Source: Pyrinomonadaceae bacterium
GTDB taxonomy: Bacteria; Acidobacteriota; Blastocatellia; Pyrinomonadales; Pyrinomonadaceae
Length of the DNA: 64,000 nucleotides
Assembly: GCA_046313635.1 (NCBI GenBank)
Contig: JBKBYA010000005.1
Span: 61,483 to 125,482, forward strand
Direction: 5' to 3'
Both the position numbers and the translations under genes were made by a program. Below, piece after piece: positions 40,664 to 49,792 of the stretch. Within the stretch, counting starts at the first letter, position 1. Each line of letters opens with the position of its first letter. The notes beneath the pieces were generated by a model. That model was not told the DNA's origin. It made no database searches and was given only the letters and a program-made list of their open reading frames with translations.

Positions 40664-40723
40664 GCTGGCACGGCCGATGCACCTGGCAAGAGGCGACAAC
40701 TTTTCGTAAGGAGGCAGGACAGA

Positions 40724-41173
40724 ATGGAGAGATCATCGCTAGTTAAATTCGTCATCGCGGCCATGGCAGTAGCGTTCTCGTACACGGCGGCGTCCGGCCA
40801 GGTCGTGGACAAGGTCAAGGAGGCGGCCTCAAAGACCAAAGACGTCACCGTGAAAGCCGCCAAGAAGACGGCCGACGTCGCGGACGACGTAGCCGACGAG
40901 GCCGGCGATAAGACAAAACAGACCGGCGACGCGGTAAAAGATGCCTATTCGGAAACGAAGCGCGGAACCGTCAAGACCTCGAAAAAGGTTGGCAATTTTG
41001 CAGTAGAGACGACCGAGAATGTCGCCGGCAAAGCGTATGAGGGCGGCCGCTGGCTCGTGACGACGACTTGGGACGGGACCAAATGGGTCTCAAAAAAGGT
41101 CTGGTACGCGACCAAAAAGGGCGCCGACGCGACGAAGGATGTCGTTGTCGGAAACGACAAGCCGAAACCGTAA
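40724..41173 (+). CDS. Secreted LEA-like helical protein
   Basis: RBS AGGAGG, signal peptide, K/D/A/T-rich repeats, TWDGTKWVSK motif. Confidence 0.8.
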   Translation: MERSSLVKFVIAAMAVAFSYTAASGQVVDKVKEAASKTKDVTVKAAKKTADVADDVADEAGDKTKQTGDAVKDAYSETKRGTVKTSKKVGNFAVETTENVAGKAYEGGRWLVTTTWDGTKWVSKKVWYATKKGADATKDVVVGNDKPKP

Positions 41174-41225
41174 GGCGGCTTTCCGGTATTCACGTGATCG
41201 TGGGCGGCTCATTTGGGCCGCTCTA

Positions 41226-41729
41226 TTACTTTGCTCGCGGGTCGCCGTCCATCCAATCCACGATCGCCGCGACGATACGATCCACTCCCAACGAAGCGTC
41301 GGCAGTCAGGTCCGGCGGCTCGACGGGCTCGAGTATCGCGAACTGGCTCGCCAAAAGTTTCGGATTCATGAAATGCCCTTCGCGGTCGGCTATCCGCTCG
41401 GCTGCCTCCGCGCGGTCGATGTCGAGCATCACGAAACGCACGGACGGATCACCTCGCCGCAACGCTTCTCGATAGTCCGACTTCAAAGCTGAGCATGCAA
41501 GCACCGCGTTACTGCCGCTCTTGAACTGTTCGGCGATCAAATCGCCCAAACGAGCAAGCCAGGGACCCCGGTCGTCGTCGTTGAGCGGACGGCCGGAACG
41601 CATTTTTTCGACATTCTCCGGCGAGTGTAGATCGTCCGCGTCGTAAAACGCCCAGCCGAGTCTTGCCGCCAACGCTCGGCCCACCGTTGTCTTGCCCGCG
41701 GCCGCGACGCCGCAGATCACGATCACCAT
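41226..41729 (-). CDS. Gluconokinase (GntK/IdnK family)
   Basis: [35 protein letters not shown]. Confidence 0.92.
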   Translation of the reverse strand: MVIVICGVAAAGKTTVGRALAARLGWAFYDADDLHSPENVEKMRSGRPLNDDDRGPWLARLGDLIAEQFKSGSNAVLACSALKSDYREALRRGDPSVRFVMLDIDRAEAAERIADREGHFMNPKLLASQFAILEPVEPPDLTADASLGVDRIVAAIVDWMDGDPRAK

Positions 41730-41861
41730 GGCCGGGATTATTTCACAGCTCTTTCGCAAATTACGAGCCGCCTCTGCCGCCGCGCGATTACGAATTATCA
41801 CGCCCTGCTAATACAATTGAACGTGGCCGCTCGAGCGCGGCCGACGTCGTTAATATCTGAT

Positions 41862-43331
41862 ATGAAATCAAAAGTACGTGTCGCCAGCGGGCAGGGTTTC
41901 TGGGGTGATCTCTTGACGGCTCCGGTCGATCAGGTCCGCGGCGGGCCGATCGATTATCTGATGCTCGATTATCTTGCCGAGGTCACGATGTCGATCCTGC
42001 AAAAGCAGCGCTCGCGCGACCCGCAGGCGGGATACGCCAAGGATTTTGTCTCGCTGATGCGCGAGATCATTCCCGATTGCGTCGAAAAAGATATCAAGGT
42101 GATGTCGAATGCCGGCGGAGTGAATGTCACCGGCTGCGCCGAGGCGGTGCGCGACACGGCACGCGAGCTCGGCTACGCGGGCAAGCTCAAGATCGGCGTC
42201 GTCACGGGCGACGACATTCTCGGTCGCCTTGACGAATTTGCCGAGCGCGGGCACGAGATCACAAACATGGAAACGGGCGAGCCGCTCGCCGCCGTCCACG
42301 ACCGCGTGCAGTCGGCAAACGTGTATCTCGGCGCCGCGCCGCTCGTCGAGGCCCTCGGCAAGGGCGCACAGATCGTCGTCGGCGGACGTCTGACCGACAC
42401 CGGTCTCACGCTTGCACCGCTGATGCACGAGTTCGGCTGGAGGTTCGACGATTGGGACCGCATCGCCGCAGGCACGATCGCCGGCCACATCATCGAATGC
42501 GGGGCGCAGTGCTCGGGCGGCAACTGCCAGTACGATTGGCAAAACATTCCGGACCTCGCGAATGTCGGCTTTCCGATCGTCGAGGCCGAGCCGTCGGGCG
42601 AATTCGTCGTCACCAAACACGCGGGCACCGGCGGCCGCATCAACGTGCCTTCGATAAAGGAGCAGCTTCTCTACGAGATGGGCGACCCCAAAGCCTACAT
42701 CACTCCGGACGTCGTCGCCGATTTCTCGAGCATTCGACTCGAAGACGCCGGCCCTGACCGCGTACGCGTTTTCGGCATCAGGGGCAATCCGAACACCGAA
42801 TTTTACAAGGTCTCGATCGCGTACTCGGCAGGCTGGAAGGCCGTTGGCACACTCGTCTACGCCTGGCCCGACGCGTACGCAAAGGCGCAAGCGGCCGACA
42901 AGATCCTGCGTGCCCGATTGGAGCGTCTCGGCCTGAGATTCGACACGGTCCTGACAGAGTTCGTCGGCATCAACGCAACTCACGGGCACCTGGCCGGTGG
43001 AACGCGGACGCCCTTGTCTGCAATGGCCGACGCATCGCCGGTCACGAATAGCGGTAATGATCGTCCCGCCGGAGGAACCGGCGGTGCGGACGAAGGCGTC
43101 CGCGTTCCGCCCGACATTCCCGAGGTCCAACTCCGCGTCGGCGTCCGCGGGCAGTCACGGGCCGACGTCGAACGCTTCACCAAAGAGATCGCGCCTTTGA
43201 TCCTGACAGGTCCGCCCGCGGTCACAGGCTTCGCCGGCGGCCGTCCGAAGGTGGAAGAGATCATGGCCTATTTCCCGGCTTTGATCCCGAAAGAATTAGT
43301 AAAAACAAATGTCGAGGTCATTGAGGCTTGA
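41862..43331 (+). CDS. AtuA family protein (DUF1446) with in-frame palindromic insertion
   Basis: [32 protein letters not shown]. Confidence 0.9.
   Translation: MKSKVRVASGQGFWGDLLTAPVDQVRGGPIDYLMLDYLAEVTMSILQKQRSRDPQAGYAKDFVSLMREIIPDCVEKDIKVMSNAGGVNVTGCAEAVRDTARELGYAGKLKIGVVTGDDILGRLDEFAERGHEITNMETGEPLAAVHDRVQSANVYLGAAPLVEALGKGAQIVVGGRLTDTGLTLAPLMHEFGWRFDDWDRIAAGTIAGHIIECGAQCSGGNCQYDWQNIPDLANVGFPIVEAEPSGEFVVTKHAGTGGRINVPSIKEQLLYEMGDPKAYITPDVVADFSSIRLEDAGPDRVRVFGIRGNPNTEFYKVSIAYSAGWKAVGTLVYAWPDAYAKAQAADKILRARLERLGLRFDTVLTEFVGINATHGHLAGGTRTPLSAMADASPVTNSGNDRPAGGTGGADEGVRVPPDIPEVQLRVGVRGQSRADVERFTKEIAPLILTGPPAVTGFAGGRPKVEEIMAYFPALIPKELVKTNVEVIEA
42996..43111. repeat. REP-doublet-like palindrome inside the AtuA CDS
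   Basis: 27-nt inverted arms, 23/27 identical; each arm is itself palindromic (GCGGACG..CGTCCGC). Confidence 0.8.
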
Positions 43332-43467
43332 TCAAAAAGGAGGGCTTTGGAGAAGTTCGGTTTCAAGTCCCGAATGAGGCGCACCGCTAACTTTTAGCTG
43401 GCGTCAGGCGGGGCAAAGGAGTGAATCGACCCGAGGTTGAGAAAGACATTTGAGAAGCACATCTTTG

Positions 43468-44229
43468 TCAGCTGGTCCTCTCAAGAAACTTTGCAATTCC
43501 CTTCTTACAATCCTCAGTCATCCGAGCGCGGGCGTTCGTTTCGGCGCCGAGGTTGATGGCGTCGGCGATCGGCAGGGCATCAATGTCGTAGAGGAGGCGT
43601 TTGGTCATCTCGACCGCCGAGCGACTGGTCTTTTCGTAGACAGAAAGGTAGTCACGCAGCTCCGTTTCGAAATGTCTTTCGCTGAAGAGCCGGTTAACGA
43701 GCCCTATCTCCAAGGCGTCCTCGGCCGAGTATTCAAAGCCTTGGGTCAGCAATTCAAAACTAAGCTTCTCGCCTAGATTCCGCCGCAGGATCGCCGCGAC
43801 CATTGCGGGGACAAAGCCGATCTTTACCTCGGGATAACCGAACCTGGCCGACCGCGCCGCGACGACCAGATCGCACGCCGTCGCCAGCCCGCAGCCGCCC
43901 GCCAGAGCGCGACCGTGGACCGCCGCGATCACGGGCATACGTACGCGGCGGATCAATTCAAAAAGCTCGCCGAGACTTTTGGCGTCGTCGAGATTCTCCT
44001 CGTACGTCGCGGTCGCGATCTTTTGGATCGACGAGAGGTCGGCGCCGGAACAGAAATCTTTACCCGCGCCCCGGATCACGATCGCACGAAGCGTCTCGTC
44101 CGCGTCGGCCTCGCGCAGAGCTTGTTTCAACGCGGAAATAAGCGCGTCATTCAGGGCGTTGCGCTTTTCCGGTCGATTCAGAGTCAGCGTGCGGATCGAA
44201 CCGCTGTCGTTGATCAAGAGTTCAGTCAT
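43468..44229 (-). CDS. Enoyl-CoA hydratase/isomerase (methylglutaconyl-CoA hydratase-like)
   Basis: LNRPEKRNAL, FCSGADL, ALAGGCGL, YPEVKIG; ATG 44229 overlaps the upstream stop. Confidence 0.92.
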   Translation of the reverse strand: MTELLINDSGSIRTLTLNRPEKRNALNDALISALKQALREADADETLRAIVIRGAGKDFCSGADLSSIQKIATATYEENLDDAKSLGELFELIRRVRMPVIAAVHGRALAGGCGLATACDLVVAARSARFGYPEVKIGFVPAMVAAILRRNLGEKLSFELLTQGFEYSAEDALEIGLVNRLFSERHFETELRDYLSVYEKTSRSAVEMTKRLLYDIDALPIADAINLGAETNARARMTEDCKKGIAKFLERTS

Positions 44230-44584
44230 TTTTTCTCGCAGTCGAAAATATTTTGCTGATAAGCTTTGCGATCTCCAGGCGGTCGCTCTCGATCGACGCA
44301 GATTCCGCCTCGCTGAGCAACCCTGCGTGCAGCAGCAATTGCAGCCAGTATTCGGTCTCCGAAGCCTTTCGCCAAGCCGCGCCAAACTCGTTGACAAACA
44401 CCTGCCGCGATTCTGCCGACACGGCCTCCTTCACGTGCTTCCCGATATGCGTGCCGGCGATGAGCAGCTCCTTGCTCAAGACATACTCGTGCTTTTCGTC
44501 CACAAGATACCGGTAAAGCTTCGAAATGCGCACCGCAAAATCGAAGGACTTATCGAGGACAACGTTGCTTCGGGGGTTGGTCAT
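44222..44584 (-). CDS. Four helix bundle protein (23S rRNA IVS protein-like)
   Basis: KSFDFAVRI, LSKELL..GTHIG..VKEA..AES, KASETEYWL. Confidence 0.88.
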   Translation of the reverse strand: MTNPRSNVVLDKSFDFAVRISKLYRYLVDEKHEYVLSKELLIAGTHIGKHVKEAVSAESRQVFVNEFGAAWRKASETEYWLQLLLHAGLLSEAESASIESDRLEIAKLISKIFSTARKND

Positions 44585-44716
44585 ATTCTTCGATCTTCAA
44601 TTAGTAATTACCTAATTAGTAATTATTAATTCGTCTTCGAGAGCTTTTCGCTGTCGGGATTTGCCATATTCTCCGATGTCTAATTAGTAATTGTTCAATT
44701 ACTAATTATTAATTGG
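44573..44716 (-). repeat. Two AT-rich TAATTAn repeat blocks forming an 83-bp-offset duplication
   Basis: Blocks 44598-44633 and 44681-44716; ungapped 61-nt units match at 48 positions. Confidence 0.85.
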
Positions 44717-44719
44717 TTT

Positions 44720-46954
44720 TCAGTACATCTTCGCGGCCTTGTCGATCTCGGCGGCGTAGCGCTCGAGTGTCGCGGCGGCGATCGCGATCTGCTGCTGTGC
44801 CTCGGTCCAATTTCGCTGTTCGATGGCTTCGCGGATGCCGGGCAGGGTCTTTACGCCGTAGCCGGTGTAGAAACCGGGCGCGTAGATCTGATGCCGGAAC
44901 CAGTCGCGTCGCGGAAGGCCGGCGTCGGTGGTAAGGGCGCGTTCGGCTTTGTACAAGATCACGTCGAGCTGAGCTCCCGTGGATGGCTTTGATCGAGAAG
45001 CGGTCTGATAGGCCTTAACGCTTTCGCTCAGTTTCGCGAGCGCGTTCTGCAGCGGAGCGAAATTGAGGTACGGCACATCGCTCAGCGGCTTGGGTAAGAC
45101 GAATGTCCGCGTCGGGTCTTCGCTCGCCTTGATCATCCCGTTGGCGAGCAGTCGATTGGTCATACGCGTCTCGTCGCGCATCGAGTCGGCGAGACGCATC
45201 ACCTCGTTCGCGTATCCGCTGACCGTGTCGTAAAAGCTCGAAAACTCGAATGGCAGCCTGTCGGCGTTTGCCATCCGCAGCGTCGCGCGGCCGCCGACCT
45301 TGGCGAGCGCGACGCCGTATGCGAAGTTCGGGTCACCGAACCGCGTGTAGTGATCAAAGGAATCGTAGATCGAATGATACGATCCGCCGCCGTCCTCGCC
45401 GCCGAAGCCGATATTGAGCGACGCGATCCCGAGATGCTGCAGAAACGGCGTGTAGTCCGACCCCGAACCGAGAGCCCCGATGCGAAGGTCGGAGCGACCG
45501 AGGATCTCATTTCTCATCGCGGGCGGAGCGTTGACGACGGCCGCGGCCTGCGCCCGCTCCCAGACGGTGAGTTTGGTCTGCGGGTCGTCGACCGAACGTG
45601 CGACATCGTTGATGAATTTCTCGAGCGAATGCGAGCCCGCCATGCCGAGAAAGCCGCGGCCGTTGCTGTCGGAATTGATGTAAACGGCCGCCTTGTCGCT
45701 GAGCTCGGCGGCGTGCGCCTCGACCCATTCGGTCGAGCCGAGCAGTCCCTGCTCTTCGCCGTCCCACGCGGCGTAGACTATCGTGCGTTTGGGCTTCCAG
45801 CCGGTCTTTGCAAGCTCCGAGATCGAACGAGCTTCTTCCATCATCGCGACGAGACCGCTGATCGGATCGTCGGCGCCGTTTACCCAGGCGTCGCGATGAT
45901 TGCCGCGGATGATCCATTCGTCGGGCCGCTCGGCTCCGCGCATTTTAGCGATGACGTTGCGGACGGGCGTCATATTCCAATTGAACTCGAGCTTGATCCG
46001 CACGGTCGGCGTCTGCCCGCCGAAGTGGTACGTGATCGGCAGCGCGCCGCGCCATGCGGGCGGCACGACATCGCCGTTCAAATTCTTGAGCAGCGGCAGC
46101 GCGTCGCCGTACGAGATCGGCAGCACCGGGATCTTGGTCAGCGTCTCGGCGTCCTTCTTCGCGATGCGTTTTGCGTCGGCGGTCGCGCCGACGTTCTTGG
46201 TCAAAGGGTCGCCCGGGTGGACGGGCATATCCATCACCGAGCCGCGCTGCGCGCCGGTCTCGTTGCGCCAAGCGCCTTTTGGATAGACGTCGCCCTGAAA
46301 GTACCCGTCGTCGCGCGGGTCAGAGTAGATCAGGCAGCCAATCGCGCCGTGCTCGGCCGCGACCTTTGGCTTGATGCCGCGCCACGATCCGCCGTAACGG
46401 GCGATAACGATCTTGCCCTTGACGTCGATGCCGCGTCGCTCGAGCTCTTCGTAATCGGCGGGGACGCCGTAATTGACGTAAACGAGCGGGCCTGTCACGT
46501 CGCCGTCGATCGAATAGGCGTTATACGTCGGCAGCTGCTCGGACTGCTGGGCGGATGTCGAGTCCTCCTTGAGCGGCGCCTCCGCGAGCTTGAGTGTGAA
46601 TCGCTCGGGCGCCGTCATCTCGACGAGCCGCGACTTGGGCGTCGGGAACAAAACAGTGAATTCTTCGATCGCCGTGTCGTAGCCCCACGAGCGGAAGAGC
46701 GACGCGATGAAATCGGCGTTTTCCCTGTTGTACGGCGAGCCGATGTGATGCGGCCGCGCCGAGAGGCGCTTCATCCAGTCGCGAAGGTTGTCGGCCCTCA
46801 GATACGAATCGAATCTTGACTCGATCCCGCGCTGCGTGGCAGAGCTCTCATCTGAAAAACCCATGATCCGCGGCGGCGGCGGCGAGGCAGACTGCGAGAT
46901 GGCGAGAGGCGCAAAGAGAGAGAGGACGACGAGCAGGCTCAATATTCTCGACAT
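44720..46954 (-). CDS. M28 family glutamate carboxypeptidase II-like peptidase (PA and TfR-dimer domains)
   Basis: Signal peptide, VYVNYG, GNHRDAW, GADDP.SG, WDGEEQGLLGSTEW, GSGSDY, YHSIYD. Confidence 0.92.
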   Translation of the reverse strand: MSRILSLLVVLSLFAPLAISQSASPPPPRIMGFSDESSATQRGIESRFDSYLRADNLRDWMKRLSARPHHIGSPYNRENADFIASLFRSWGYDTAIEEFTVLFPTPKSRLVEMTAPERFTLKLAEAPLKEDSTSAQQSEQLPTYNAYSIDGDVTGPLVYVNYGVPADYEELERRGIDVKGKIVIARYGGSWRGIKPKVAAEHGAIGCLIYSDPRDDGYFQGDVYPKGAWRNETGAQRGSVMDMPVHPGDPLTKNVGATADAKRIAKKDAETLTKIPVLPISYGDALPLLKNLNGDVVPPAWRGALPITYHFGGQTPTVRIKLEFNWNMTPVRNVIAKMRGAERPDEWIIRGNHRDAWVNGADDPISGLVAMMEEARSISELAKTGWKPKRTIVYAAWDGEEQGLLGSTEWVEAHAAELSDKAAVYINSDSNGRGFLGMAGSHSLEKFINDVARSVDDPQTKLTVWERAQAAAVVNAPPAMRNEILGRSDLRIGALGSGSDYTPFLQHLGIASLNIGFGGEDGGGSYHSIYDSFDHYTRFGDPNFAYGVALAKVGGRATLRMANADRLPFEFSSFYDTVSGYANEVMRLADSMRDETRMTNRLLANGMIKASEDPTRTFVLPKPLSDVPYLNFAPLQNALAKLSESVKAYQTASRSKPSTGAQLDVILYKAERALTTDAGLPRRDWFRHQIYAPGFYTGYGVKTLPGIREAIEQRNWTEAQQQIAIAAATLERYAAEIDKAAKMY

Positions 46955-47016
46955 AAGTTGTTTTGGTTAGGCCGTCGCGCGGCCGCGAGCAAATGATCGG
47001 CGGTCAAACACGAAGC

Positions 47017-47886
47017 CTACTGCGCGAGAAATTCGCGCAGCATCTGCGTGACTGTTTCGGGTGCCTCCTGCTGCACCCAATGTCCGCTGTCCGGGATAAA
47101 GAACTCTTCAAATGGAGCGTCGACGACATCGCCGATGCCTCGGACGGTCTCGCGCAGGATCGCCATATCGTGCTCGCCGTAAACGAAGAGCGTCGGCACC
47201 GCGATCCGCTTCGGTCCGTCGGCCGCGCGGGTGAATCGCCTAAGGACATTCGCGCGATAGTAATTGATCATCGACGTCAAAGCGCCTTCCTCGCGCCAGC
47301 CGCGGGCGTAGACCTCGATATCGGCGTCCGAAAAGACGCCCTTGCGGAATGTAGAGCGTTTGAGGCTCTCTTTAAGCGCGGCAAAGTCGTCACGCGACAA
47401 AAGGTACTCAGGGAGCCACGGCAGCTGAAAGAAGAACATATACCAGCTCGCCGCCAGCTGCCGGAACGTAAGGTTGCGACGCCAGACCGAGGCGGGCGGC
47501 ACCTGCAGCGCCGCGAGCTTGCCGACGTAGTTGGGGTATCGTTCGGCGAGAGACCAGGCTACGGCGGCTCCCCAGTCGTGACCGACGATCGCGGCCTGCT
47601 CGCGGCCGAAGTGATGTATCAGCCCGATCACGTCGTCGACGAGCTTTGACATCCTGTATTCGCCGACGCCGCGGGGCTTGTCGCTCAGGTTGTAGCCGCG
47701 CATATCGGGAGCCACGACCGTGTAGTCGTCGGCGAGCGCCGCGAGCTGGTGACGCCACGAGTACCAGCACTCCGGAAATCCGTGCAGCAGGATGACGAGC
47801 CGCCGGCCCTCGCCGGCACGCGCGTAGTGCAGGCGCACGCCGCCGATCTGCGCAAAGTCCAGCGAGATCCGCGGGTCGATATTCAT
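47017..47886 (-). CDS. Alpha/beta hydrolase (epoxide hydrolase-like)
   Basis: HGFPE, GHDWGA, GHWVQQE. Confidence 0.92.
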   Translation of the reverse strand: MNIDPRISLDFAQIGGVRLHYARAGEGRRLVILLHGFPECWYSWRHQLAALADDYTVVAPDMRGYNLSDKPRGVGEYRMSKLVDDVIGLIHHFGREQAAIVGHDWGAAVAWSLAERYPNYVGKLAALQVPPASVWRRNLTFRQLAASWYMFFFQLPWLPEYLLSRDDFAALKESLKRSTFRKGVFSDADIEVYARGWREEGALTSMINYYRANVLRRFTRAADGPKRIAVPTLFVYGEHDMAILRETVRGIGDVVDAPFEEFFIPDSGHWVQQEAPETVTQMLREFLAQ

Positions 47887-48230
47887 ATTCGCAGCCCGAG
47901 CCGCTCGGCCTCGTCGTCGGCGACGTCGATATACATCCTCAGCAGCGCCGTGGAAAATGTCTTTCCCTGCGCGTCGGTCATCAGACTGAGCGTGCCGCCG
48001 CCGCCGAGCGAGTTGTGAAGCAGGAAATTCAAGGCGCCGAGATTTGGCAGCTCAAATCTCTCGACGTCGCCTTTGACCATCTCGCCAAAGTGGGCCTTTA
48101 CTCTCTCGGCCGTGACCTCGCGGATGAGCAGCGGATAAAACTCGTCCTTGAGCGCTATGAGACCGACATTCGCGGTGTCGCCCTTATCGCCCGAGCGGGC
48201 GTGAGCGAGCTTGAGCAGAGATACTTTCAT
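47883..48230 (-). CDS. AtuA-related small protein
   Basis: AHARSGDKGD, LGGGG..SL..DAQGK. Confidence 0.85.
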   Translation of the reverse strand: MKVSLLKLAHARSGDKGDTANVGLIALKDEFYPLLIREVTAERVKAHFGEMVKGDVERFELPNLGALNFLLHNSLGGGGTLSLMTDAQGKTFSTALLRMYIDVADDEAERLGLRI

Positions 48231-48775
48231 TTCGAGTACAAGTATAAATAATGGAACGCCGCGACGACCAGCGAATGATCTATCACACCCGCGCGAATAA
48301 GCCCGTCGATCTCGTGCAGCGGCACAAGGCGCGTCGCGATGCTCTCGTGCTCGTCAAAAGCGGTCTTGGCCGTACGCGTGCATCCGGTCGCCAGGTAATG
48401 ATAGATCGTGTTGCTCTGGATCGCGGGATTTGGCCGCGAGGTGCCGAGGAGTTTGATATCGCGAGCCGAGAAGCCGGTCTCTTCTATCAGCTCGCGGGCG
48501 GCGGCGTCGCTCGGGTCTTCGCCCTCGTCGACCAGCCCGCCCGGTATCTCGATAATGGTGCGCTGGATGCCGTGGCGAAACTGCTCGATCATCACCACCT
48601 GATCGTCACCGGTGATCGCGATGACGTTTACCCAATCCGGACTGTCGATGACAAAAAAGCTCGCCTCCGTTTCGTCGCCCTCTCGCCGGCAGACGTTCTC
48701 GTTGACGTCGAATACGCGGCACCGAGCGGCCGTGCTCGTGCCGATCCTTTTCCATTCTCTCGGCCTTTCGTCCAT
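48227..48775 (-). CDS. NUDIX hydrolase (ADP-ribose pyrophosphatase-like)
   Basis: Nudix box GLVDEGEDPSDAAARELIEETG; QFRH. Confidence 0.92.
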   Translation of the reverse strand: MDERPREWKRIGTSTAARCRVFDVNENVCRREGDETEASFFVIDSPDWVNVIAITGDDQVVMIEQFRHGIQRTIIEIPGGLVDEGEDPSDAAARELIEETGFSARDIKLLGTSRPNPAIQSNTIYHYLATGCTRTAKTAFDEHESIATRLVPLHEIDGLIRAGVIDHSLVVAAFHYLYLYSK

Positions 48776-48838
48776 ACAGTTCTTCAATTCGCCTGTCGTC
48801 GTGTGCTCAAATAGTAAGTCAGGAAGGTGCAAAATTCT

Positions 48839-49786
48839 ATGCGATGCGATCTCTCTAAAACGGCGTTTGCGGTCGCCGTGATCACTCTCGCCTGCGTCAC
48901 CGCACGGCCGCAGACGATCACCGCGGACGAGATCGTGTCGCGCGCCGCAGATCAGGTCCCGGTGTACCTCGACAAATTCCGCAACCTGATGTCGCGAGAG
49001 ACCAAGACGATCGAGAGCTTTGCAAAGAACGGCGAGCTCAAACGCCGACGCCGGGTCGAGTCGACCTTCCTGATCTACCAGTCGACGAGGGACGAGGGCC
49101 TCTTTGCCGAGTATCGAAACGTCGTCGCGGTCGACGGCAAGCCGCTGGAAGGCGCCGATAAGCGCGCAGCGGATCTTTTTGACCGCGTGCGAAAGGCCGA
49201 GACGTCGGCCGCCGAGCTGCGGCGGCTCGAGGACGAAGGCTCGCGATTCGACGGCGATCTCTCGGTCACCGGAATGACGTTCTTTCAGGGCGTCGCGCTG
49301 TTTGGGCACATCAGGCCGAGCATGGAATTCAGGCTAAAGGGCACGGCAGCGATCGACGGCAGCCAGACGTTCGTCGTCGATTACCTGCAGACCGCTCCGT
49401 CGCCTTATGTCACGACAGATCCGCGCCGTCTGCCTCGAGACGGCAAGACGCCGGTCATCTACGACCTCGATCACGACGGGCTGATCGACGGACGGCTGCG
49501 TGGCACGCTGTGGATCGACGCCGCGACATTCCAGATAAGGCGAGAGCTGCGCGAATTTGCGGTGCAAACGCCCGGAGCCTCGGCACCGGTGACGGCCGCG
49601 CGTGACAGTTTCGAGTACGTCGCGAGCGAGTTTGGGATATTGACCCCGCGAAAGATCGTCGTCACGACATTTCGCATCGACGCCAAAAAGGGAGCCTCGC
49701 GCGAGGACGAACGGATAACGATGGAGTACGAACGCTTTACAAGGCCCGATGTCGAGGTGAGATCGTCCGACGTGAGATCGCCGTGA
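48839..49786 (+). CDS. Secreted beta-rich hypothetical protein
   Basis: Signal peptide; GTLWIDAATFQI segment. Confidence 0.7.
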   Translation: MRCDLSKTAFAVAVITLACVTARPQTITADEIVSRAADQVPVYLDKFRNLMSRETKTIESFAKNGELKRRRRVESTFLIYQSTRDEGLFAEYRNVVAVDGKPLEGADKRAADLFDRVRKAETSAAELRRLEDEGSRFDGDLSVTGMTFFQGVALFGHIRPSMEFRLKGTAAIDGSQTFVVDYLQTAPSPYVTTDPRRLPRDGKTPVIYDLDHDGLIDGRLRGTLWIDAATFQIRRELREFAVQTPGASAPVTAARDSFEYVASEFGILTPRKIVVTTFRIDAKKGASREDERITMEYERFTRPDVEVRSSDVRSP

Positions 49787-49792
49787 TCACGG

